From assembly GCF_030028105.1 (NCBI RefSeq), contig NC_092382.1:103995586-104059585 (forward strand): a stretch of 64,000 bases of DNA, read 5' to 3'. The notes under the pieces were generated by a model. It did not search any database. It was not told the DNA's origin and saw only the letters and a list, made by a program, of their open reading frames with translations. How positions within the stretch are numbered: position 1 is the stretch's first letter; each line of letters opens with the position of its first letter. Below, piece after piece: positions 25,180 to 36,700 of this stretch. The DNA is from Mobula birostris. Lineage: Eukaryota. Position numbers and translations under genes: made by a program.

Positions 25180-26445
25180 TCCTTTAGGTTGGTAAACCCT
25201 CGCAAGGCATCAGGTTCCGAAGGTGTATCCGGTAGGACACTGAAAACATTTGTCGATCAACAGGCTGGATTGTCCACGGAGTCAGTAGTGAGGAAGGAAA
25301 TGCAAAGGCAGCACTCAATTCCAGAGCAAGAATTTAATTTTACGGCACTGATGAGACCTTATTTGGAGAAATGTGAGCAGATTTCCGCCTCTTACATAAT
25401 CCAGCCAGATGTGCTTACATTGGAGAGGGTTGATAAACGGTTCCGGACAAGGATGTCAGCACCTCAGTGGATCTATCTTGGGCCCAACATATTCATGCAA
25501 AAAATAAGGTGTCAAGAGGCCATTCCCCGGAGTGTGGTCAGCTGCTGCTTTCCCTTTAAGCCTCAGACGGCCAATTATTGCCTGTAACATACCTTAACCG
25601 AATGTCTGCAGTTAAAGGCCTGCGCACCATCCCAAACATCCATAGCTCTCTCCGTACAGAAGGGATTACAACGTCAGGAGTTTGAGAAGATTTGGTCTCT
25701 CATTGAAAACTCGCAAATGATCGCTGGGAGCATTCTGGCTTGTCGCATCGCCGCCTGGTGTGGAGGCTGCAACGCACAAGGTCGCCAGAGGCGGCAGTGG
25801 AGAGTAAACTCAACCAGCTCCATCACGAGCACAACAGTCCCCAGCATCGAGGACATCCTCAAGATGCGATACCTGGAGAGGGCGGCATCCATCAATGAGG
25901 CCGAGCACCCCGGGACAAGCTCCCTGCTCATTACTACCAGCCGAGCGGGGAAGAGGCACAGGAGTCTGAAATCTCACGGATTCAGGAACCCCTTTTCACC
26001 CTGCTCCATCATAATCTTGAATGGATGAGCACCAACTCGACATTATTAGCGGTAATTAGCGTCTTTTTTTTGTTTTACATTTTACAAACCTTGTACATTA
26101 ATCTTACAAGTTTGAACCCCACTGATCCTTCAAAAAATCAAATCTCATGTGGTACACGTCACAGAATATATAAAAACAGACCGTGAATCCAGTGGAAAAC
26201 ACGCGATACAGGTGGACAGACACCTGACACGCTGACCGTCATCAGTCAGGACACTGAGTACGGGAGTCGGAGGTCACGTTGCAGTTGTACAAGACGTCGG
26301 TCAGGCCGCACTTGGAGTACGGTGTTCAGTTTGGGTCGCCCTGCTGTACAGAAAGATGCCACTGAGCTGGAAAGACTGTAGAGGGAGATTTCCGAGGATG
26401 CTGCCGGGACACGAGGGACTGAGTTATGGAAGCGAATAGGTGCAC
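25180..26445 (+). mobile_element. Decayed Rex/Babar-like and CR1 fragments
   Basis: GSILACRIAAWCGGCNAQ..SIEDI and [16 protein letters not shown]. Homologous to 1090-1790. Confidence 0.7.
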
Positions 26446-26478
26446 TCTATTTCCCCAGGGATGGGGGTATTGAGAACA

Positions 26479-27052
26479 TTAGGGCACAAGATTGAGTTGA
26501 GAGTAGCTGAAAAGAAAAAAGGTAGAGAGAGAGGGAGTAGCTAAACCAAAGAATGGAATGGGGAGGGAGGGGTAGAGAGGGAGTAGAGAAATACGGGAGA
26601 GAATGTGAAGAGATGGGAGAAGAGTTGTGGGGAAAGGAGCCAGAAAGCGAGGAGAAATAAAATGGAGATGCAATAGGTGAGGTGGGAGGGGAGGAAGATG
26701 AGAGAGAGGGTTTAGAGGGACGACGGTAAAGGGATAGAGGAATGTCGAGTAAGAGTGCGATAGAAGGAAATAAGAGAGTTGGGTTGGGGCGAGGGACAGA
26801 GAGGAAGCAGTACTGAGAGTCGGGAACAGAGATCGGCGAGAAAGAGGATGTTCCCATTTGATTGAAGTCGGCCCCTTGGGCTGTTGACAGAGGTCCGGTA
26901 TCATACCAGGAATATCAGGGTACAAAGGTGCAGGCTTCTCACAGATGAAACGGTGTTGATCATTACTGCAACTCTGAAACCAACCGGGTTTCCATTCACT
27001 GCATTCGAACTTTCCAGCGTTCATTTTGTACACGACACCAGAGGCCACTTTC
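26479..27052 (-). CDS. Orphan terminal CTLD exon (possible alternative last exon of gene B, or remnant of a deleted gene)
   Basis: cag|G AAA GTG.. reads KVASGVVYKMNAGKFECSEWKPGWFQSCSNDQHRFICEKPAPLYPDIPGMIPDLCQQPKGPTSIK. The paralogous stop is TGG here (26854-26856), so the frame runs on to 26479. No CTLD-2 exon of its own is seen upstream. Confidence 0.6.
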
Positions 27053-27074
27053 CTGTCAATGAGGGGTAAACATC

Positions 27075-28290
27075 TTCAAAACGGACAACCCTCTGTCAGT
27101 CCCCAAAATCACTGAACACTCCCTTACCGTTGACCTATGGCAGACCCCAAAATCTCCGACTACTCCAACGTCCCAGCACAGTCCTGTGTCAGTCTCCAGG
27201 AAACTCCCACTGACCCTCTCTCTCCCTTCAGCCCTGCTTCAGTCCCCATATTAATCCCTTGCCCCAGCCTGTCTCCACAGACCGGTGTCAGACACCAGAA
27301 TAATCACAGTACCAGTATAATCACACACCCTTACGGTTGACCTGTGGCAGACCCCAAAATCTCCGACAACTCTAATGTCCCAGCACAGTCCTGTGTCAGT
27401 CTCCAGAAAACTCTCACTGACCCACTTTCTCCCTGCAGACCTGCATCAGTCCCCAAAGTAGTGCCTTGCCCCACCCTGTCCCCAGAGACCGGTGTCAGAC
27501 ACCAGGATGATCACAGTACCCGACCTTCTCCCGACGGTCCCGTGCCGTTCCCCAAAATATCCGTACAGCGCCACTCTCTTCCCAAGGCCCTATGTCAGTC
27601 CCCAAAATACTCCCACTGTCTCACTGTCTACCACAGGCCTGCTTTATATCGTAAAATAGTCAGACTTCCCATTCTCACCCCACAGATTTGTGTAAATCCC
27701 CAAAGTACACCCACTGCCTCACTCTCTCCGCACAGCCCAGTGTCGTTCCCCAAAATACTCGCACTTCCCACTCTCACCGCACAGACGTGTGCCAGTCCCC
27801 GACATAATCCCACTGCCCAACCATCTCCCTATAGACCTGTCAGAAACCAACACACTCCCACTTCCCACTCTTTTCCCACAGACCTCTGTCAATGCCCAAA
27901 TCAATCCCACTGATAAATTCTGTCTCCACAGATCTGTGTCAGTCCTAAAGTATTCCCACTACCTTACCCTCCCCCACAACCGGTGTCAGTTCCCAAAAGA
28001 GCTCCGCATCTCCACCCTCTCCCCACGGCCCAGTGCCTGTCACCAAAATAATCTCACTGCCCAACTTTCTACATACAGATTTCTGTTATCACCAAAACAC
28101 TCCCGCTTACCACTGTCTTCCCACAGTCCACGTCAGTCCCCAAATTCATTCAACGACACACACTCCACCGACAGCCTGTGTCGGGTCCCAAAATAATGCA
28201 ATTGCCCACTCTTCCACCAGAGACCTGTGTCTCCCAAATTAATCTCAGTACCGCATTCCATCTACACGGTGTTACACTGACACATCTCCT
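27075..28290 (+). repeat. ~40-45-bp degenerate minisatellite typical of the last intron (CCCCACAGACCTGTGTCAGTCCCCAAAAT..), including a 207-bp tandem duplication at 27119/27326
   Basis: The same repeat occupies the last intron of genes A, B and C. Confidence 0.8.
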
Positions 28291-28304
28291 CCCAACAGAC
28301 CTCT

Positions 28305-29610
28305 TGTTGCAAAGGTGGGCGTTCATGGCGGACCCAAATGCAAGACACAGACACTGAAGTACTAGGAATAGGACCTGACTAGAGTAGGGACGTGACAGGG
28401 TGCAGACACGGAGCAGGGACAAGAGTGCAGATTTGGGCTAAGACAGGGACAAAACAGGGAACCCGGATAACGAACTGTGCACTAGGAGACTGGGCTTAGG
28501 CTCCGAGTTAAAGCCTGGACAAGGACACAGAACCCGGGACTTGCCGCGGGCTCGGGCCCCTGAACTGGGCAAGGACATGACATGACTGCAGGACACAGGC
28601 TGGGGTCTTGAAACTGAGCTAGGAGACAGACTGGGGTCTTGAGGCCTGAGCTTGGAGACAGGCTGGGGTCTTGAGGCTTGAGATTGGAGATAGGTTGGGG
28701 TCTTGAGGCCTGAGCTTGGAGACAGGCTGGGGTTTTGAGGCTTCAGCTTGGAGAGAGGCTTGAGCCCTGAGGCCTGAGCTTGGAGACAGGCTGGGGTCTT
28801 GAGGCCTGAGCTTGGAGACAGGCTGGGGACTTGAGGCCTGAGCTTGGAGACAGGCTGGGGACTTGAGGCCTGAGCTTGGAGACAGGCTGGGTTCTTCAGG
28901 CCTGAGCTTGGAGACAGGCTGCGGTCTTGAGGCCTGAGCTTGGAGACAGGCTGGGGTCTTCAGGCCTGAGCTTGGAGACAGGCTGGGGTCTTGAGGCCTG
29001 AGCTTGGAGACAGGCTGGGGCACTGAGGCCTGAGCTTGGAGACAGGCTGGGGTCTTGAGGCCTGAGCTTGGAGACAGGCTTGGGGTCTTGAGGCCTAAGC
29101 TTGGAGACAGGCTGGGGTCTTGAGGCTTGAGATTGGAGATAGGTTGGGGTCTTGGGTCTTGATGCTGGAGGCTGCAGCCTGGGGTCCTGAGTCTTGGAAT
29201 GTGGAGGTCGCTAACTCGGAGGCCACAGCTCGGAGACAGACTGGGAACTGTACATCAACATAGAGCCTGGAATTATCCTCCGAAAAGCCGGGGATCATCT
29301 TTAACACGACACTAACATGAGACAGGACAGTACACAGACTTAGAGCTGGGACTTATTCCTAGACAAGCCGGGACTCAAATTTATCTCCACACCAATGTGG
29401 AACAGGTCCATCCGTAAGTTAACTGTAGAACGGCCGGAGTTACCTAACAGAGGCAAAGCCAAGACAAGACAAGACCGGAAAACAACACCCCACCCCGCCC
29501 CCCACGCATGGCAACGGCAGAATGCCTCACTTACCCCACGAAAGCGAGGACAAGACAAGACAGATCTCCCTGTCGCGCACGTCAGAACTGCCTGACTTAC
29601 CCCAGTCCGA
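28305..29610 (-). mobile_element. LTR-like element containing a 32-bp minisatellite
   Basis: Minus-strand end TGCATTTGGGTCC..TGCAACA resembles fish Gypsy LTR termini (inference). The far boundary is approximate. Confidence 0.45.
28596..29155 (+). repeat. 32-bp minisatellite GGCTGGGGTCTTGAGGCCTGAGCTTGGAGACA, ~17 copies
   Basis: Near-perfect tandem copies. Confidence 0.95.
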
Positions 29611-30407
29611 CGGGCACATCCCTCCCTACCATCGAGGACATTTAAAAGAGGCGATGCCTCGAGAAGGCGCCGTCCATCACTGAGGACCCTCCCCACTCGG
29701 GGAAACTCTCTGCTCGTTACTACCATCGGGGAGGAGTCACATGAGTGTAAACACCCACACACAACATCCAGGAACCAGCTTCTGCCCCTGCGCCGTCCCA
29801 TCTTTGAACGCAAGAACATTTTTGCTGTGTTTATTAAAATTTGTAATTTACATTAATTGTGCATCATTGTGGGATAGAGATGCTGCCAAAGAACATAATC
29901 CAGGCTGCAATTTTTTTTCAGATAATAAATCAAATTGCGATTCCGGTGGAAAACATCCGATACTGGTGGACAGGACACCTGGCACGCTGGTCTTTACCAG
30001 GTAGGGCACTGAGGGAGACGGAGGGTTTTGAGAGGACGGGGACGGAAGGGAGAGAGAGCTGTAGGGGTGGGGAGAAAGTGAGAGAGAGTTGGCAGAGGAA
30101 GAGTAGAAAGAGCGAGCGGAGAAAGGGCGAGGCAAAAGAGGGTGCACGGAAAGGTAGAGGGAGTGGAGAAGTGTGGGACGGGGTTGGAATAGCGAGAACG
30201 CAGGGGACCGAAGGGGACTGACATCTGTTGGTGTGTGGTGGGGAGAATCTAGTAGGACGAAGAGGTAGAGAGCGTGAGGAGGGAGTTTGAGAGGGTGGAG
30301 GCGTGATAGTTGACGAAGAGAGAATTGGGAAGTAGAGGGTTGGATACTTGATTCAAATCGGCCCCACTGGCACAGACGGCACATGATTAAGTTGATAGTG
30401 GGTGAAA

Positions 30408-30409
<2 letters not shown>

Positions 30410-30477
<68 letters not shown>
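30410..30477 (+). repeat. (GA)n microsatellite just 3' of the gene B stop codon
   Basis: Direct observation. Confidence 0.95.
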
Positions 30478-30479
<2 letters not shown>

Positions 30480-30532
30480 TCAGGGAGACGGAGGGTTCAG
30501 ATAGAACGGGAAGAGGGGAGTTGGTCAGTAGG

Positions 30533-30731
30533 TTACTTGATTTCTGTCGCCTCCATTGGATGTTGACAGAGATCCTGAGTATGTTCAGGAATATGCGGGA
30601 ACAAAACTGCCGACTTCTCGCAGATGAAACGCCGAGCATGATTGCAAGAACTCTTCGCTGGGTACGAGTGGCAGTCTCTGCAGTCTGACGTCCCCGAGGA
30701 CACCTTGTACAGAAGATCCCAGTCTACATTC
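30533..30731 (-). CDS. Gene B exon 9 (CTLD C-terminal half and tail)
   Basis: [65 protein letters not shown]. Confidence 0.9.
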
Positions 30732-33700
30732 CTGTCCAAGACGGTTAACAATTTTAACAGAGACAAAGCAGCTCCAGCAGAGAACCCGAGGCGAGACAGT
30801 CTACAAGCTAAGCCCATGAAATCAATCTCTTCTAACAGCCTGTGCCAGTCCCCAAACTGATCCCACTCATCCACTCTCTCCCCACAGCTCCGTGCCAGTA
30901 CCCAGACAGACACAATGGTCCAAATGTCTCCCCACAATCCCGTGTCAGTTCCCAAACTAATCGTGCAGACCGAATGTCACCCCACAGACCCATGTCTCCC
31001 CAAACTAATCGCACCGTACCGCTTTCTCGCCACAGTCTTCTGTCAGTCCCCATACAAATCGAACAGGACCACGCTCTCCCTTCAGATCTCTTTCATTCCC
31101 CGTACAAACCCCACTGTCCCACCGTCTCCCCACAGACTTATGGCTGTCCTGAGATGAATCCCTCTCGTCCACACTCTTGCATCATCCCTGTGTCGGTCCC
31201 AGAATAATCCTGTTTCCCCTCACTATACCCAGAGCATCGTGTCAGTCTCCGAACATATCGCAGTACACGGCGCACTCACTATAAACTCTGGTCCGCTCCC
31301 AGACTTGTACAACTGGCACCCTCTCTCCCACATCCGTGCGTGAGTTTGCAAACCAGTCCCATTAGCGCCCTGTATCGGCCTCCAAACTAATCCAGTTGTC
31401 CTACTCTCGCCCCTCAGATCTATGTCATTCACCAAACAAATGCCGCTGTTAATCCCTCTCCTCACAGCCCGGCGACTATCTCCAAAATAATCCCACTCCA
31501 CCGCGCTTTCCTCACCGATATGCGTCAGTACAAAAAATGAGATAATTCCTGTGTCCTGAGCTCTCCACAGTGCCCCCAGGCAGTTTCCGAATTATCTCCA
31601 CTGCCCGGACATTCCCCGACAGACACGTGTCGGACTTAAAATGTCCTCATTGTACCACACTCTCCTGAGAACCATGTATAGTTTCATCGTAAACTAATCC
31701 CACTTTCTCCCGTCAGGGTTATGTCAATACCCAACTCTCACACCACAGAGTAATCCAAATCTCACCCGTCTTCGCATTTTCCAATCCAGTATGCACTGTT
31801 TCGGTACACAAGTTTGTCGGATACAAAGCTCTGTGAAATTAAATTTATTTGATTAATGCCAAGAATCGAAAAGTATGTACGGAGTTTCTCTCAGTTGATT
31901 ACAACATGAACCTGTGATTGGACGGTGTGGAGGGAGCTTCACTGTTTGCCATATCCTGTGAATGTATCATGGGACGGTGTGTAGGAAGATTCACTCTGTG
32001 TCTGACCCCGAGAAAGTGTGCTAGGAGTGTACTGTGGGAGTAACTCCGTGGCTGAACCCGGGGGAGTGTTGGGACGATGTGGAGGGAGATTCACTCTGTG
32101 TCTGACCCCGGGAGTGTGTGATGGGACGGTGTGGAGGGAGATTCACTATGTGCCATATCCATGAATGTGTCATGGGGCGCTGTGTAGGAACATTCACTCT
32201 GTGTTCGAATCCGGGAGTGTGTGATGGGACAGTGTGGAGGGAGCTTAACTCTGTGTCTGACCCCGAGAATGTGTACTAAGAGTGTATTCTGGGAGTAACT
32301 CTGTGGTTGAACCCGGGGGAGTGATGGGACGGTGTGGAGGGAGATAACTCTATGTCTGAACCCGAGAATGTGTCCTGGGAGTGTAGTATGGGTGTCACTC
32401 TGTGTGTCACCCCGGAAGTGTCTGATGATTCTTGTGAGATCTTCTTGTGATGTGACACATACCGCTTCATCTCTTGAATTGATTTCAAGCAGCCTTGCAT
32501 CACGGTTTGAACATTCTTGCATCGCTGTTGGGAAAAATGTTTCAGACGTGGATACGAAATAACACCGGTCTTTATTTGTGATCCAGTCCTTGGAACACGT
32601 ATGCTCTGGAAATAGGAATAAGAAGTAGTGAATATCACCCCACACCGTCCAATCACGCACATCGGGGTGAGAGATAGAGTGAATCTCCCTCCATTCCGTC
32701 CCAACCAACACCACACGGGATCAGACCCTTCGACCGTCATCAATGATGCCCTCACCCGCAGCTCCTGCATTCCCGGACTTCAGCCCTCACCCCATCCTCC
32801 CGTCACCACAACAGGGACAGAGACCCCCTTGTCTTCACCGTCCACCCCACCAGACTCCGGATCCAGCACCTTATCCTCCGCAACTTCAGCCAAATTCAAC
32901 AGGACCCACCAGGAAACACATCTTTCACTCTCTACTCCTCTCCGCTTTCCGAAGGGATCGTTCCTTCGGCGACTCCCTAGTCTACACGTCCCTCCCCACG
33001 GAGCAGGTCCTGAAAAGTGAGTATAGAGACCTTGGTCGGAAGTTAAACAGCAGGACCTCCAGGGTGGGTGGTAATCTCAGGATTGCCACCTGTGCCACGT
33101 GCCAGTGACGGTAAGAATAGGATGCTCTGGCGGATAGACACGTGGCTGAGAACTGGTGTAGGGGGCAGAGTTTCAGATTTCAGGATCTTTGGGACCATTT
33201 CTGCGGCAGGTGTGACCTGTACAAGAGTGACGGGTACACCTGAACTACAGGGGAGCCAATATTCTTGCTGGGAAATTTGTCTGTACTATTGTGGAGGGTT
33301 TAAACTAAATCTGCAGGGGGATGGGGTTGGTAACCAGAGTGCCAGAGCAGATAGCGGAGCGGGGGTGAAAATAATTGGTGTTAAAAGTTCATGGAAAGTC
33401 ACAAACAGAAGGGTTATGTGTGGTTGTAATAATCATCTGATGTGTTCTCTATTTCAAAGCGAGAAGTATCCTGGGGAAGGCTGACGAGCTGAGGGCGTGG
33501 ATTGACACATGGAATTACGACATAATATCAATTAGTGAAACTTGGCTACAGCAGGGGCAGGACTGGCAGCTTAATGTTCCAGCGTTCCGATGTTTCAGAC
33601 GTGATAGAGGCAGAGGAATGAAGGGAAGCGGGTGTGGCATTGCTGGTCAGGGAAAATCTCACAGCAGTGCTCAGTCAGGGCAGATCAGAGGGCTTGTCTT

Positions 33701-36700
33701 CCGAGACCTTATGGGTGGAGCTGAAAGACAGGAAAAGTATGACCATTTTAATGGGGTTGTATTATAGACCACCCAATAGTCAGCGAGAATGGGAGGAGCA
33801 AATCTCCAAAGAGATAGCAGACAACTGCAAGAAACATGAAGTTGTGATAGACGGGGATTTTAGTTTTCCACATACTGATTGTGAGTCCCATACTGTTAAA
33901 GGTCTAGACGGGTTAGAGCTTGTAAAATGCGTTCAGAAAGGTTTTCTAAATCAATATTTAGAGCTACCAACCAGAGACGATATAATATTAGATCTCCTAT
34001 TTGGAAACGAGTTAGTACAGGTGACGGAAGTGTGTGTAGGGGAACACTTTGATTCCACTGTTCATAACACTATTAGTTTCAATTTGACCATGGATAAAGA
34101 TACCTCTGGTCCTCGGGTTGAGGTTCTAAACTGGAAAAAGGCCAAATTTGAAGAAATGAGAAAGGATCTAAAAAGCGTGGATGGGACAGGTTGTTCGCTG
34201 GCAAGGATATGATTGATACGTGAGAGGCCTTCAAAGGTGACATTTTGAGAGTGCAGAGTTGAATTTCCCTGTAAGGATTAAAGGAAAAGTGAGTAAGAGT
34301 AAGGAAGCTAGGTTCTCGAGGAATATTGGAACACTGATAAAGAAGGAGAGAAGATGTTTTACATGTATAGGAAACAGGGAGTAAATAAGGTGCTTGAGTA
34401 ATATAAACAAGTGAAAAAGTACTTAACAAAGAAATCGGGAGGGCTAGAGGAAGACGGGGTTGCTTTGACAGTCAAGGTGAAGGATAATCCGAAGAATTTC
34501 CGCAGGTTTATTAAGAGCAAGAGGAGAGTAAGGGATAAAATTGGTCCTAATGAAGATCAGAGTGGTCGGCTATGTATGAAACCAGACGAAATAGGGGAGA
34601 TTTTATTTTATTTTATTTTATTCTTTTTGTGTGTCGTTATGTACTAAGGAAACTGGCATGGAGTCAATAGAAATCGGGCAAACAACAAATGAGGCCACGG
34701 AACCGATACAAATTCAAGAGGAAGAGGTGCTTGCAATCTTGAGGTATATATCCCCAGAGCCTGACAGGGTATTCCCTTGGACCTTAAATGAGACTAGTGT
34801 TGTAATTGCAGGGGCCCTGTCAGATATATTTAAAATGTCGTTACCGACAGGTGAAGTGCCGGAGGATTGGAGGATAGCTCATGCTGTTCCCTAGTTTAAT
34901 CGAGGCTCAGAAAGTAATCCCGGAAATTATAGGCTGTTAGTTTTGACATCATTAGGAGATAAATTATTGGAAAGAGGTCTAAGAGACAGGATCTACAAGT
35001 ATTTGGATAGACAGGGACTTATTAGGGAGAGTCAACATGGGGTTGTGCGTGGAACGTCATGTTTAACAAATCTATTAGAGTTTTTCGAGGAGGTTACCAG
35101 GAGGGTGGGTGTAGGAAACGCAGTGGATGTTGTCTATAGGGATTTCAGTAAGGCCTTTGACAAGGTCCCGCATGGGACGTTAGTCAGGAAGAGTCAGTCG
35201 CTAGCTATACATGCAGAGGCAGTAAAATGGATTAGACGTTGCTTCAATGAGAGAAACCAGAGGGTGGTAGTGGAGGATTGCTTCTCTGAGTGGAGGCCTG
35301 TGACTGGTGGTGTGCCACAGGGATCAGTGCTGGGTCCATTTATATTTGTCATCTGTATCAATGGCTGGATGATAATGTGATATGTTGGATCAGCAAATTT
35401 GCTGATCATACCAAGTGTGGAGGAGTAGTGGACAGTGACGAAGCTTTTCCAAGCTTGCAGAGGGATTTTGACCAGCTGGAAAATGGGCTGAAAAATGGCA
35501 AATGGAGGTTAACACAGATAAGTGTGAGGTATTACACTCTGGAAGGACACACCAAGGTAGAAGATAGAAGGTAAATGGTTGGGCACTGAGGAGTGCGGTG
35601 GAACAGAGGGGTCTGAGAACGCAGATGCAAAATTCTCTAAAAGGGGCGTCACAGGCAGATCGTGTCGTAAAGACAGCTTCTGGAACATCGTGTTATAAAT
35701 CAAAGTATTGACAGAGGATTGGAATGCTATGGAGCGGTTGTACAAGACATTGGTGAGGCCGAATTTGGAGTATTGTTTGCTGTTTTGCTCACCTAATTAC
35801 AGAAAGGATATTAACATGGTTCCAATATGCAGAGAAGGTTTACAAGGATGTTGCGGGGACTTGAGAAACTCAGTCACAGAGAGAGGTTGTAAAGGGCAGA
35901 ACTTGATTTCCTGGAGCGTAGAAGAATGAGGGGGGATTTGAAAGAGGTGCATACAATTGTGGTGTATATATATCCATGTATCTTAATTATGACGGGTTAT
36001 GATGGGTATTGGTTGGGTGAATGCAAACATGCTCTTTTTTTCTACAGAGGCAAGGGGAGATAAAAAAAATAAAATAGAGAAGACATGAGTTAAGGGTGAA
36101 GGGGGGAAATTTCAAAGAGAATATTAGGGGTCGGTGGCTTCTTCACTCATAGAGAGGTAGGAGTGCGGAATGAGCAGCCAGATAAAGTGGTAAATGCGGG
36201 CTCATATTTAACATTGAAGCAAATCTTGCACAGGTACAATGATGAGAGGTGAGGTGTATTGAGGGATATGGTCCAGGCGCAGGTTAGTGGGACCACACCA
36301 AAAATGATTTGGCACAGCCAAGAAGAGCCAGAAGGCCTGTTTCTGTGCTGTAATGTTTTTATGGTTTCCACAAGCTGTGATTCTTCCCAAAGGTTGTGTT
36401 ACTAAGTACTGACATGCAGGGTGTCCATATTTTTTCTTCATGCCTTTTCATTGTTTGCTATTTTGGAACGTAAAAGATGGAAATAAAAAAGTTCTCTTGC
36501 CTAAAATATTAAAGAAAACTGTCATCTTTAACTTTATGTTTTTTGGAAATCAGTTCATCTTTTACTCGTTTAGCTATTCACAGTAAAAGAAATTTTGATC
36601 AGGGAATCCCAAATGGTTGCATGCCACTGCAGTGTGAAACTCCCTCCGCACCATGCCGTCACACGCTCCCGGGGTCAGACACTGTATGAAGCTCCCTCCA

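Noticed and set aside
28619-29023. 134-aa repetitive ORF (PQPVSKLRPQD..)
   Set aside because: It is a translation of the 32-bp minisatellite cycling through three frames
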